Virus record (IMG/VR): IMGVR_UViG_3300044267_002921
Coordinates: 1-28,553 of that record
Source of the DNA: a virus
Lineage: Duplodnaviria; Caudoviricetes
DNA length: 28,553 bases
Reading direction: 5' to 3' (one strand)
In this document: positions 1-8,413 of the stretch, one piece after another
How positions within the stretch are numbered: position 1 is the stretch's first letter
How the letters are laid out: each line of letters starts with the position of its first letter
The notes under the pieces: generated by a model
Told to the model about the DNA's origin: nothing
Databases searched by the model: none
What the model saw: the letters and a program-made list of their open reading frames with translations, nothing else
Program-made: the position numbers and the translations under genes

Positions 1-1941
1 CAATTATCTGGCCCTGCAAGTAGTTATCAATACTTAGCTTTTGGTGATACAGCTTCAGCTAACCAAGGTTATGTAAGATATTATCATACAGATAATAGAA
101 TGGATCTACGTGCAGGAGGCACGGATACTTTAAGTCTTGTTGGGGGTAATGTCGGTATTGGCACTACTTCAACTAACGCTAAGTTAGACATTAGGGGTGG
201 AGTGTTTATAAGCGGAAACCATACTGACACAGGTGGACAGCTCAATGTTTGGTGTGATTCAAATGGTTATGGAAATCTAGCGGTTTACAATTTCTGTATA
301 AAGACTGGAGCTAATAATTCTAGGACAATCCCTTTCTTCATATCTCATATAGGTAGCGTGGGGATAGGAACTACTTCTATAAATAGTGGCATCGGACTAC
401 AAGTTACGACTGGAGGGATTTATGCCTCAAATGGAGACGGCTATTTTGATACCATAAATGCAGGTTATTTTGCTTCTACTAGATCTTTAAATCTTAAATC
501 AGGAGCTACTGGCAAAGTCATTCTTACAACAGGAAGCAATGATCAATTAAAAGCTGACAGTGGTGGGTTTGTTGAATTATCACATGCAGGATCTACAAGT
601 GGAGGAAAGTTCTTAACTAGAAGGTACAGTGGAGATGATTATCTTAGTGTCTTTAGTACAGAGTATTCTAGTGGCTCATTAGTACTTGGATATGGAGTAG
701 CTGGAAAATCTGGAGCAGCAGGTTTTGTATCTACATACGATAACTTCTCAGGACATAAGACACTCCTGAAGATTAATCATAATGGAATAAATGTCCTTAC
801 TACAGGAAGTGCTGCTACAGACACAGTAGGTGCTGACCTTTCTATGGCTGAAAGGTTTAGAGTGCAGGTTGATAAGTCTTACTTTAACAATGGGCCAGTT
901 GGTATTGGTACAACCAGTCCATCAACACCATTGCACATAGACCATGCTGGTGACAAAGCGATTACTATTGAATCAGATGGAGATTCAGATTCAAATTTCA
1001 TCTTTATGAAAACTTCGGCTAGTACGGCTCAAGTTTATATGGGACATGAAACGGGTACTGCTGGAGCAAACTTCTCTGGAACTTTAGCAGGATTTGCAGT
1101 TTTCGGAAATGTCAGCTCTGGTATGGGAACACAGTTCTTAACTGGTGGTGGAAACCAACACGTAAAGATGACCATCAGACACAGTGGTCAAGTTGGTATA
1201 GGTGTGACCAACCCTAATAGTTATTATTTCAGCAACCTTGTTGTAGGAGAAACTACAAGTGGTGATAAAGGAATTACTATAAGATCCAGTAATGCAGCAA
1301 AAGGTGTATTAGCATTTGCAGATAGTGATTCAGGATCAGCTAGGTATGCAGGTTATATCGCTTATAACCACTCTACCAACGACATGGAGTTTTACACTCT
1401 TGCTGGCAACTTTGCCATGATGATTGACGATGCCCAGCAGGTAGGCATTGGTACTACAAGCCCGAACTATTTACTCGATGTTGAGAAGGCAGGGGCAAAT
1501 ATGCGTGTCTACAACACGACAAATAATGGCAATACTGACATTCATTTAAGGACGGCAGGAACAACAGGGAACAGTAGGATATTCTTTGGAGACACTGCTG
1601 TTTCAGATGTCGGATCTATAATCTATAGGCATAATGGGAACAGTTTAGCTTTTGAGACTAATGGTTCAGAGAGGATGCGAATAATAGGGGGTTCAGACGG
1701 CTACGTAGGTATAGGCACGACATCTCCACAACAAGAGTTGGATGTCGATGGGGTTATTAAACAAAAGGTATATACAGTCAGCAACCTACCATCAGCAAGT
1801 AGCTCAACTATAGGAGCTAGAGCGTTTGTAAGTGATTCATATTACCCATTTAGCTCTAGTTATCTAGGATCTCAGATTTCAGGTGGGGGTAGTAGTTTTA
1901 GTCCTGTTTACTCTGACGGTAGTTATTGGTATATGGGTTAA
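1..1941 (+). CDS. Tail fibre / receptor-binding protein, 5'-truncated by the window edge
   Basis: The frame is open from base 1 (QLSGPASSYQYLAFGDTASANQGYVRYYHTDNR, then MDLR), so ATG 100 is internal. Six VGIG(T/V)T repeats and three related 'F(G/A)D..G.(I/V).Y.H..N.(M/L)' units. The C-terminal domain reads YTVSNLPSA...GARAFVSD...GGG...PVYSDG..W. Confidence 0.85.
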   Translation, partial: QLSGPASSYQYLAFGDTASANQGYVRYYHTDNRMDLRAGGTDTLSLVGGNVGIGTTSTNAKLDIRGGVFISGNHTDTGGQLNVWCDSNGYGNLAVYNFCIKTGANNSRTIPFFISHIGSVGIGTTSINSGIGLQVTTGGIYASNGDGYFDTINAGYFASTRSLNLKSGATGKVILTTGSNDQLKADSGGFVELSHAGSTSGGKFLTRRYSGDDYLSVFSTEYSSGSLVLGYGVAGKSGAAGFVSTYDNFSGHKTLLKINHNGINVLTTGSAATDTVGADLSMAERFRVQVDKSYFNNGPVGIGTTSPSTPLHIDHAGDKAITIESDGDSDSNFIFMKTSASTAQVYMGHETGTAGANFSGTLAGFAVFGNVSSGMGTQFLTGGGNQHVKMTIRHSGQVGIGVTNPNSYYFSNLVVGETTSGDKGITIRSSNAAKGVLAFADSDSGSARYAGYIAYNHSTNDMEFYTLAGNFAMMIDDAQQVGIGTTSPNYLLDVEKAGANMRVYNTTNNGNTDIHLRTAGTTGNSRIFFGDTAVSDVGSIIYRHNGNSLAFETNGSERMRIIGGSDGYVGIGTTSPQQELDVDGVIKQKVYTVSNLPSASSSTIGARAFVSDSYYPFSSSYLGSQISGGGSSFSPVYSDGSYWYMG

Positions 1942-1949
1942 TAAAATAC

Positions 1950-1977
1950 TTGAATCTACGTATTTACTGCATATCCT
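1950..1977 (+). promoter_or_regulatory. Putative sigma70-like promoter
   Basis: TTGAAT-16 bp-TATCCT, ending 9 nt before ATG 1987. Confidence 0.3.
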
Positions 1978-1986
1978 AACTATATT

Positions 1987-2190
1987 ATGGAAGAAGTTAC
2001 ACTTAAACTAAATAAGGATCTAATCCAAGTAAACATCCAAGCTATCGATATCGCTGTTAAAGCTGTCGGTTTGAACGGTGCTGAAGCTCTAGTAGTTTTA
2101 GCCAAAACAATATCTGAGCAAACAGGCGAGACTGTCGCTCCTCCAGAGCAACCAGTAGCTGAAGAGGTTCCAGCAGAAGTAGTAGAGTAA
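1987..2190 (+). CDS. Small tail-fibre-associated hypothetical protein (possible assembly chaperone)
   Basis: 67 aa with a helical core and an acidic Pro/Glu tail. Lies directly after the fibre and has a TAATG overlap with the next gene. Function is inferred from position only. Confidence 0.7.
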   Translation: MEEVTLKLNKDLIQVNIQAIDIAVKAVGLNGAEALVVLAKTISEQTGETVAPPEQPVAEEVPAEVVE

Positions 2191-2801
2191 TGCGTTTTTA
2201 CGTAGAAATAGAAGATGAGAATCATCTTGCTGGTGTCACAAAAGCCAGAGAAGCGTACAACGCCTCACTACCTTGGATAGATAATCCTGATTATGTAGAG
2301 CCTTATCTCCTAGAGGAGATGGTTAATCCTGATTATGAGGAGCCTATAGGTGATCCACTTATAGAAAATCCTGATTACGAACCAGCAACTGAAGAGTTTG
2401 GGGAGCCTTTAATTCCCAACCCTGATTTCGTAAAAGGGTCAGAAGCAGTTGGGGAACCACAGATTCCAAATCCTGATTACGATGAAGAGGACGAAGAGTC
2501 TGAGGAGTTCATAGATAATCCTGATTATGTACCCGCAGTCGAGGAACAAGGGCCAGCAGTTATTGACAACCCTGATTATATAGAAGCTAAAGAAGCTGTA
2601 GGGGAGCCAATGATTGAAAACCCTGACTATGTTCCTGCTGTTGGAGAGCCTACAATACCCAATCCAGACTACACAGAAGGTACTCCAGATCTTCCACAAA
2701 CCATTCCACAGGAAGGGTTTACAGAAGATAAAGACTACATGAAGTGGGTTATTGAGAAAGCTGCTGAGAGTTACGCCAAGGAATTTGGTATCATTGAATA
2801 A
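2190..2801 (+). CDS. Acidic NPD(Y/F)-repeat protein, tail-fibre associated
   Basis: 203 aa with nine (I/V)xNPD(Y/F)-type repeats between short non-repetitive helical termini. Confidence 0.85.
   Translation: MRFYVEIEDENHLAGVTKAREAYNASLPWIDNPDYVEPYLLEEMVNPDYEEPIGDPLIENPDYEPATEEFGEPLIPNPDFVKGSEAVGEPQIPNPDYDEEDEESEEFIDNPDYVPAVEEQGPAVIDNPDYIEAKEAVGEPMIENPDYVPAVGEPTIPNPDYTEGTPDLPQTIPQEGFTEDKDYMKWVIEKAAESYAKEFGIIE
2283..2672 (+). repeat. Nine coding repeats (aay ccw gay twy) encoding NPD(Y/F)
   Basis: Read directly from the DNA and protein. The period is 14-17 codons. Confidence 0.9.
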
Positions 2802-2813
2802 GTATGATATATT
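2785..2813 (+). promoter_or_regulatory. Putative promoter for the lysis cassette
   Basis: TTGGTA-17 bp-TATATT with an extended -10 (TGa), ending 9 nt before ATG 2823. Confidence 0.45.
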
Positions 2814-2822
2814 GCTCGTTAT

Positions 2823-2996
2823 ATGAGCAATAGTGAGATCGTAGCTAAAGGGGTTACAGGTGTAACAGGATCGTTAATAGCGGTTACCATTCCTTACGCA
2901 GAAGTTATTCAATGGGGTATCCAAGTTGTTGGAGGTCTCTTAGGTATTACTGTAGCTATAATTACTTTGTATAATCTAATTAAGAAGAAGAAATGA
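2823..2996 (+). CDS. Small membrane protein, holin/antiholin-like (57 aa, not in the ORF track)
   Basis: Manual translation MSNSEIVAKGVTGVTGSLIAVTIPYAEVIQWGIQVVGGLLGITVAIITLYNLIKKKK. Two hydrophobic segments, a basic tail and an ATGA overlap with the next gene. Confidence 0.75.
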   Translation: MSNSEIVAKGVTGVTGSLIAVTIPYAEVIQWGIQVVGGLLGITVAIITLYNLIKKKK

Positions 2997-3160
2997 ATAA
3001 GCAAGCAATACTAGGTATCATCAGGCATATACTAACTTTTGGAGGGGGTTTTATGACACAGAACGGATTAGCTACTGGGGAAGAGATTACCACAGGGGTT
3101 TCTGCCGCAGTAACTCTCGTCGGCGTTATTTGGTCTATACTGTCCAAAAAGTCTAAATGA
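2993..3160 (+). CDS. Putative holin, Pam3-gp28-like (55 aa, not in the ORF track)
   Basis: Manual translation MNKQAILGIIRHILTFGGGFMTQNGLATGEEITTGVSAAVTLVGVIWSILSKKSK. Carries the 'RHxLTxxGG...WS' pattern and has ATGA overlaps at both ends. Confidence 0.8.
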   Translation: MNKQAILGIIRHILTFGGGFMTQNGLATGEEITTGVSAAVTLVGVIWSILSKKSK

Positions 3161-3375
3161 AGAAGTTTTTAGGGCTAATCAAATCAGCCTTAGACGCTTT
3201 TGTTCATTTTTCTGAATGGAAAAGGAGGACTTATATACATGAACTCGAAGATGAAATTGATCGCCTCGCTGCTGATGGTAGCCCTGCTGCCAAGCTGCAA
3301 CTTGAGCGATTTAGCAGGAGACTCAAAACTGAACGAGAGCTCCTTGTACGACCCTCCGACGATAACACTAATTAA
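3157..3375 (+). CDS. Putative i-spanin-like (Rz-position) helical protein
   Basis: 72 aa with an amphipathic N-terminus followed by a coiled-coil-like segment. Coupled to the holin and overlapped by a lipoprotein gene in the +1 frame. No canonical TM helix. Confidence 0.55.
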   Translation: MKKFLGLIKSALDAFVHFSEWKRRTYIHELEDEIDRLAADGSPAAKLQLERFSRRLKTERELLVRPSDDNTN

Positions 3376-3481
3376 AGGTTACGATTATCCTTTTCAAGAG
3401 GGTAATTTAATGGGACGAGGTCAAAAGTTTCACAGTGATTATTCTTATCGCCGTGCTATAATTATAGGTAACAATAAGTAG
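3251..3481 (+). CDS. Lipoprotein, putative o-spanin (Rz1-like), 76 aa
   Basis: ATG 3251 gives MKLIASLLMVALLPS-C, a signal peptide II with lipobox. Overlaps 3157..3375 by 125 nt inside the lysis cassette. Confidence 0.65.
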   Translation: MKLIASLLMVALLPSCNLSDLAGDSKLNESSLYDPPTITLIKGYDYPFQEGNLMGRGQKFHSDYSYRRAIIIGNNK

Positions 3482-3488
3482 ATAAATA

Positions 3489-3743
3489 ATGCCAAATATA
3501 AACATGACACCACGGGCCGGAGCTAAAGCCGGGAAAAAAGGAAAAGACCTTTTAAGAGCTAGTATTATCGAAAAGAACAAGAAAACAGTTACTCCAAGAG
3601 GTACAGCCGTCGCTAGACCCTTTAAAGGTGATGATGCTAGATTTCGTGGTTTCACACCAGAGTTAGGGGGGTATATGGAAAAAGTAGATAAAAAAGGGAA
3701 CCCAGTAGGAAAACCTTACTATGTGGCACCTAGAAGAAAATAA
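3489..3743 (+). CDS. Small basic hypothetical protein
   Basis: 84-aa Lys/Arg-rich ORF filling the gap between the lipoprotein and the endolysin. Confidence 0.7.
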   Translation: MPNINMTPRAGAKAGKKGKDLLRASIIEKNKKTVTPRGTAVARPFKGDDARFRGFTPELGGYMEKVDKKGNPVGKPYYVAPRRK

Positions 3744-3745
3744 TA

Positions 3746-4252
3746 ATGTTTTGGAAAAGACTATTTCAATCTAAGAAAAAGGTAGTATCTAAAAAACCCG
3801 TCGTAAACTCCGCAGCCGGGATACAAACAACGGCTTACGATTTAGCGATGCGTTATGTGGGTGTGAAGGAAGTACCGGGTACAAAAGACAACCCTATAGT
3901 GCTTTCTATGCTTAGATTGGATAGTAAATGGCCTGAACACGATGAAGTTCCTTGGTGTTCTGGTTTTATGAACTGGATTGCATGGCATTTAAGATTACCC
4001 AGATCTAAGAGTTTAATGGCTAGAAGCTGGTTAAACGTAGGAAAACCTGTCTCTTTGAGTGATGCTGAACCGGGATTTGACGTAGTTATATTGTGGAGAG
4101 GTAACCCCGATGGTCCAAGTGGACATGTTGGTTTATATGCAGGTACTGGGTCTGGTACCATAAAGATCTTGGGAGGAAACCAAGGAAATGCTGTAACTAT
4201 ATCAGAATATCCTAAGAATAGATTACTAGGAATTCGTAGAATATATGGTTAA
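3746..4252 (+). CDS. Endolysin, TIGR02594-family NlpC/P60 (CHAP-like) cysteine peptidase
   Basis: Motifs GVKEVPG..DNP, DEVPWCSGF (catalytic Cys), ARSW, GHVG (catalytic His) and LGGNQ. Located downstream of the holins. Confidence 0.9.
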   Translation: MFWKRLFQSKKKVVSKKPVVNSAAGIQTTAYDLAMRYVGVKEVPGTKDNPIVLSMLRLDSKWPEHDEVPWCSGFMNWIAWHLRLPRSKSLMARSWLNVGKPVSLSDAEPGFDVVILWRGNPDGPSGHVGLYAGTGSGTIKILGGNQGNAVTISEYPKNRLLGIRRIYG

Positions 4253-4270
4253 TTACTGTAAAGATTAATT

Positions 4271-4531
4271 ATGACAAATTACACAGGAATAAAGATAATT
4301 ACCGCTGCCGCAGATCAATCTTATATTAGGATTGAAAACGGTATACATAACGTAGTTACAGTATCAAGTAATAACACAGACCTTAGTTCTGCTGCTCAAG
4401 GAGGCGACCCAGTTTTCGTTTTAACTTCTGTAACTATAGATGCTACAAACAACGTTTTCAGTGGTTACGATACTAACGGAGTACGTTATATTTTTGACAA
4501 AGCGGCAAATATTACAGCTCAACTAGCTTAA
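4271..4531 (+). CDS. Hypothetical beta-rich protein, possibly virion
   Basis: 86-aa ORF rich in T/N/V/I, in operon context. Confidence 0.7.
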   Translation: MTNYTGIKIITAAADQSYIRIENGIHNVVTVSSNNTDLSSAAQGGDPVFVLTSVTIDATNNVFSGYDTNGVRYIFDKAANITAQLA

Positions 4532-4538
4532 ACTTTTT

Positions 4539-6287
4539 ATGCCCAAGCCTCCGTCACCGCCTCCGCGTAAGCAGAGAGTGTTAAACTTCGTATCCCCGAA
4601 GGTAGCGGACATTATTTTTTATGAGCTTCGTGATGGTAGGCTTCCTCAATACAAGACTACCCCAGCATACGGAACAGCACATCCAGATAAAAGAAAGTAC
4701 CCAAACCATAAATTAGTATTTGTTACTCCTGCAACCGCTTCGGAAGACGGGTGGCAGAAGTGGTATTACGCCGCTTCTAGAGAGTCTCAAGATGATTACA
4801 ATTTTGAGATTGATGGAGACGAAAGACTTACTAGAACCTACATATATCCTAGGGCAGACTATTTACTAGATTCATACAAGACTTCAGTCAAACCCGCTAT
4901 AGGTACTGTAGATACAAAATTTACAGACTTTCAATTTCAAGAGGAAGATATTAGAAGAACTTCAGACAAAATTATAGATTCATATTTTGTTGTAATACAA
5001 CGTGTCTTTGTAAACCCCAATAAAATAGTAGCAGCTTCTGAGTCTGGAACTGCTAGAGGTGAGACTGGCACTGAAACTACTTTAGGTACTTATCAATCTG
5101 CACACGCAGTTTCTCCCGGAATAGTTTTACAAAGGTCTTCTAGGTTAACTGAGTACGATCTTTGGAATAACACAGAAAGCCGTCTAGCGTTACGTGCTGG
5201 AGTAAACAACACTGCTACAACACAAAGAGTAGGTTACACTGAAACAAGTACTTCAGAGTTATCGTTAACAGAACCCGCAGCTAGTTCAGAGCCTTCTTTT
5301 AATAAAAGGTTAGTTACTACAGACGCTGAGGGTAGTGACGCTGTTTGGGCTGCTAGTAGATCTACAAGAGCAACTAAACCAGCTACAGGAAGTGAGATGG
5401 TCACATTCTTAGGCGGAGGTTTAGCTGACATAGACGTCAGACTTGTTTCAGAGTTAGATACAGCAGATTCAGGTTTTTATGTTATAGGTTCTACTGTATC
5501 TCCGTTAGGAAATGGTGACGCTATTAAAACGACTAAAACTATAGGCAGCTACCCTACTTTAGTAGAACATAGATATGACAGTCAGTTAGATGCTATGTTG
5601 ACTATAACTAAAACAGTAATAGTTCCGGGATCTGCTACAGGGTCTAAGTTAGCGGGAACAGTTACAGAGATAAAACCTGTAGATAAATGGAGATCGGTAC
5701 AGATAGTAACATCAGCGTCTGGAGTAGAACGTACAGAAATAATACCCGGAGTATTTAACTTTAGAGTCCCCCCTGTACTAAACAGGTGCGGGTTTTTCTA
5801 TACTTATGCTTATGCTAGTTCTGGAGGTAATTATGCTCAAGACAGAGACGTTTCCCTTTTGTTTGAAGTAACGGAGTCCTATACCGAAGCCGTTAGAGGA
5901 CAGACACGTAGAATAATTACTAGCAGTCTTGACGGAGTGTATGAAGAAAACCCTGTAGTTAATTTTAAACCTCAAAGTCACACAATTAATTGGCTTTCTG
6001 CTTATTCTTACGCGAATGCAAAAACTGTTTGGGCTAAAGCTAATGTTAGATCTTGGCAAACTCCTATGGCTTTGTGCCCCGGATTAGACATAGAAACTGT
6101 CCCTAATTTTCCTCAAGATCAACTAAGTGCTATTGTTGTAGATGACCAATATACTAGAAGAATTCCCGCTACCACCCCAGCAGGAATGCCTTCGGCAGGC
6201 ACTTTAATGACAATAGATATACAGACAAGAAGACTCAAGTTAGGGTATTGGGAGGTTTTAATTAAAGAGATTTACAGTCCCGGTTAG
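4539..6287 (+). CDS. Putative virion structural (tail) protein
   Basis: 582 aa, Thr/Ser/Val-rich and beta-type in composition, within the structural module. No specific family recognised. Confidence 0.65.
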   Translation: MPKPPSPPPRKQRVLNFVSPKVADIIFYELRDGRLPQYKTTPAYGTAHPDKRKYPNHKLVFVTPATASEDGWQKWYYAASRESQDDYNFEIDGDERLTRTYIYPRADYLLDSYKTSVKPAIGTVDTKFTDFQFQEEDIRRTSDKIIDSYFVVIQRVFVNPNKIVAASESGTARGETGTETTLGTYQSAHAVSPGIVLQRSSRLTEYDLWNNTESRLALRAGVNNTATTQRVGYTETSTSELSLTEPAASSEPSFNKRLVTTDAEGSDAVWAASRSTRATKPATGSEMVTFLGGGLADIDVRLVSELDTADSGFYVIGSTVSPLGNGDAIKTTKTIGSYPTLVEHRYDSQLDAMLTITKTVIVPGSATGSKLAGTVTEIKPVDKWRSVQIVTSASGVERTEIIPGVFNFRVPPVLNRCGFFYTYAYASSGGNYAQDRDVSLLFEVTESYTEAVRGQTRRIITSSLDGVYEENPVVNFKPQSHTINWLSAYSYANAKTVWAKANVRSWQTPMALCPGLDIETVPNFPQDQLSAIVVDDQYTRRIPATTPAGMPSAGTLMTIDIQTRRLKLGYWEVLIKEIYSPG

Positions 6288-7685
6288 ATGTCAAGATTAA
6301 CAGATTTAGAAGCGGAAGTAGAAGCTTTACGTATGCTTGTCGGTGATTTGTCCGACGCTGTTAACACTAAAGAACCTAAAGAAGATCCCGCAGATAAAGA
6401 TGCTAAAGTTGATAAACCTGACAGGGAAGAGGTAAAGAAAGATCAAGAAGATATTGGTTTTAACGAATTACTACGGCAACAAGAAGAAGCTAATGAAGTG
6501 TCTGCTCTTGAGAGGTTTCGTACAGGGCCTTCAGCTTTAGAAGATTTTAATAATGAGACCCGTAGAAGACGGGCAGAACAAGAAGAATTTTTTAACTCAA
6601 ATTTATTAGAAGAGGTTTTAGGGGAAGACCCCGAAGCAGTAAAAGGAGAAGTTCAAGAAATTACAAAAGATGAAAAGCCTAAAGCGGATAGAAAACCAGT
6701 AGTTATAGACCCTAAAGGGTCAGGTAAAACACAAGAACTACGCACTAACGCACAGCCCGGTTTTATATCTCTTAAGGCAGAAGACTCTGACGGAAAGTAT
6801 TTTAAGTATGAGGTATTGGGAGTAAAGACAGGGTCAGAGTTAACAGACCCTTCAGTTTATAACCTCCCCCTAGCCGCCGATGGTACGAGAGGGGGAGCTC
6901 AAATAGGGTACCCAGAACCCGGTACAGGTGAAAGAGATTATCCAGTTAAATTAGGAACTGGAGCTGACGCTGAACAAATGTATGTAAATGTCCCTTGGAC
7001 GGATACTGGATCATACAGCGGCCCTTTTAAGTTAGAAAAAGTTACTATTAGTGGTACAGATAAAGTTAGAGTACATGCGGGAAAGTTATACGCTCGAGTA
7101 GACACCTGTACGATGTCTACTCAAACGATTTTAACCGCAGCTAGTACTTCTTACCACGCATCTAATAGAACTGATCATTCTAATGGACCTCATACAGATT
7201 CACAAACACTTCAGGATCACACACATAGTGGAGGTCCTTCTGGAGGAAATACGGGGGGTATAGCTAGCACACCCCCATCACACCATCACACTGTCCCAGC
7301 TTTAGTTAATTCGACATCAACAAGCACTATATTTAAAATAACAGGACAAGCTGAAAGCTCCATCAATACCGACACCCACGCACAGCAAGATTTTTCACAG
7401 TCTACAGGTGTGTTTTACGCTAAATGGGAAGTTACAATCAATAGTAGTGCTGTAGTAACAGATGCTACATTAGATGTAGTTAGAACCGCAGTAGGGGGTA
7501 CAGCTCCTTCAGATGTGCCTTTTGGGCCCTTAACTGAAGGTTCAGGTACTTTAACAAGAGCCAGTAGTTCAGCTAGAATAGGCACTTTTTATAGAGAAAT
7601 AGGCACTGTAACATCTAATTCAGTTACACAAACTATGCACGATAACGTTCATTGGTCGATGTTTGTATTACCTGAAGTAACTTAA
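6288..7685 (+). CDS. Putative virion fibre/spike-like mosaic protein
   Basis: 465 aa. Acidic coiled N-terminus, a fibre-type unit YNLPLAADGTRGGAQIGY...YPVKL...YVNVPWTDT, a His-rich HxH segment and a beta-rich C-terminus. Confidence 0.65.
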   Translation: MSRLTDLEAEVEALRMLVGDLSDAVNTKEPKEDPADKDAKVDKPDREEVKKDQEDIGFNELLRQQEEANEVSALERFRTGPSALEDFNNETRRRRAEQEEFFNSNLLEEVLGEDPEAVKGEVQEITKDEKPKADRKPVVIDPKGSGKTQELRTNAQPGFISLKAEDSDGKYFKYEVLGVKTGSELTDPSVYNLPLAADGTRGGAQIGYPEPGTGERDYPVKLGTGADAEQMYVNVPWTDTGSYSGPFKLEKVTISGTDKVRVHAGKLYARVDTCTMSTQTILTAASTSYHASNRTDHSNGPHTDSQTLQDHTHSGGPSGGNTGGIASTPPSHHHTVPALVNSTSTSTIFKITGQAESSINTDTHAQQDFSQSTGVFYAKWEVTINSSAVVTDATLDVVRTAVGGTAPSDVPFGPLTEGSGTLTRASSSARIGTFYREIGTVTSNSVTQTMHDNVHWSMFVLPEVT

Positions 7686-7704
7686 TTATTACCCCACAGA
7701 TATA

Positions 7705-7733
7705 TTGGCCTTTTCAAGATAAAAGGTTATATT
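7705..7733 (+). promoter_or_regulatory. Putative promoter with an internal inverted repeat
   Basis: TTGGCC-17 bp-TATATT, ending 8 nt before ATG 7742. The inverted repeat CCTTTT-caagat-AAAAGG lies at 7709-7726. Confidence 0.45.
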
Positions 7734-7741
7734 TGACGTAT

Positions 7742-8413
7742 ATGGCTAACGAACGTCCTTTAACATTATCCGAAGCTAGAACACTGTTAAGCACACATGC
7801 ACACACAGATGATTTTGAGTTAGCTTTGAATGAAGCTTTAGAACGTATCTATTCTGAAGGTATTTGGGATGGTGTAGTAGATAGAATAGATCTAAACCCT
7901 AATGGGGGTACTTATATTTCTAATGAAATAATAACCCTTCCCTATGATTATGAGGCACTCATAGCTATTGCTATAGATGATAACCCTGTACCAATCATGG
8001 CTAGGCAATATGAATTCATGTCATCAGGCCCCGGTATTGAGGATGCAGGTAAAGGTGGAGGAGTTATAGTAGACTTAGGTTTTGATGATTCTGGAGGAAC
8101 TGCCCTCCGTAAGTATAAAATACTTACAGACATTACTTCTAGCACAGAGGTAGAAGGACTCTTAAAGAAAAGATTCAAGTATTTGACCGCAGATAGCGAT
8201 TTAGTATTCCCAGCCAACATTGGGGCGTTGAAACACGCACTGTTGGCTATTGTGTACGAGAATGAGGGAGATATAGAAAGAAGCACAGCTTTTTGGGCTG
8301 AGTGCTATGACATTTTACAATCAGCTAAACAAGTAAGTAAAGCTGGCATTAACAACCCTAACCCACAACAACCTTGGGGTTTTATGACTAACAAACCATA
8401 CAACATTATATAA
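7742..8413 (+). CDS. Putative head-tail adaptor / tail tubular protein A-like
   Basis: About 223 aa (ATG 7742 preferred over TTG 7733). Helical N-terminus (LNEALERI), beta middle and helical C-terminus (ALKHALLAI), the layout expected of podovirus adaptors. Confidence 0.55.
   Translation: MANERPLTLSEARTLLSTHAHTDDFELALNEALERIYSEGIWDGVVDRIDLNPNGGTYISNEIITLPYDYEALIAIAIDDNPVPIMARQYEFMSSGPGIEDAGKGGGVIVDLGFDDSGGTALRKYKILTDITSSTEVEGLLKKRFKYLTADSDLVFPANIGALKHALLAIVYENEGDIERSTAFWAECYDILQSAKQVSKAGINNPNPQQPWGFMTNKPYNII

Noticed and set aside
1762-1941. Diversity-generating retroelement variable region in the fibre tip
   Set aside because: No template repeat or reverse transcriptase is visible in the window, and the tip does not look like a C-type lectin fold. 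Cannot be excluded for the rest of the genome.
2283-2672. NPxY as a eukaryotic endocytosis/PTB-binding motif
   Set aside because: The context is a bacteriophage tail module, so the match is most likely a structural turn motif.
3200-3250. ORF-track start of the 93-aa ORF at 3200
   Set aside because: ATG 3251 gives a canonical lipoprotein signal peptide, whereas the longer start buries it.
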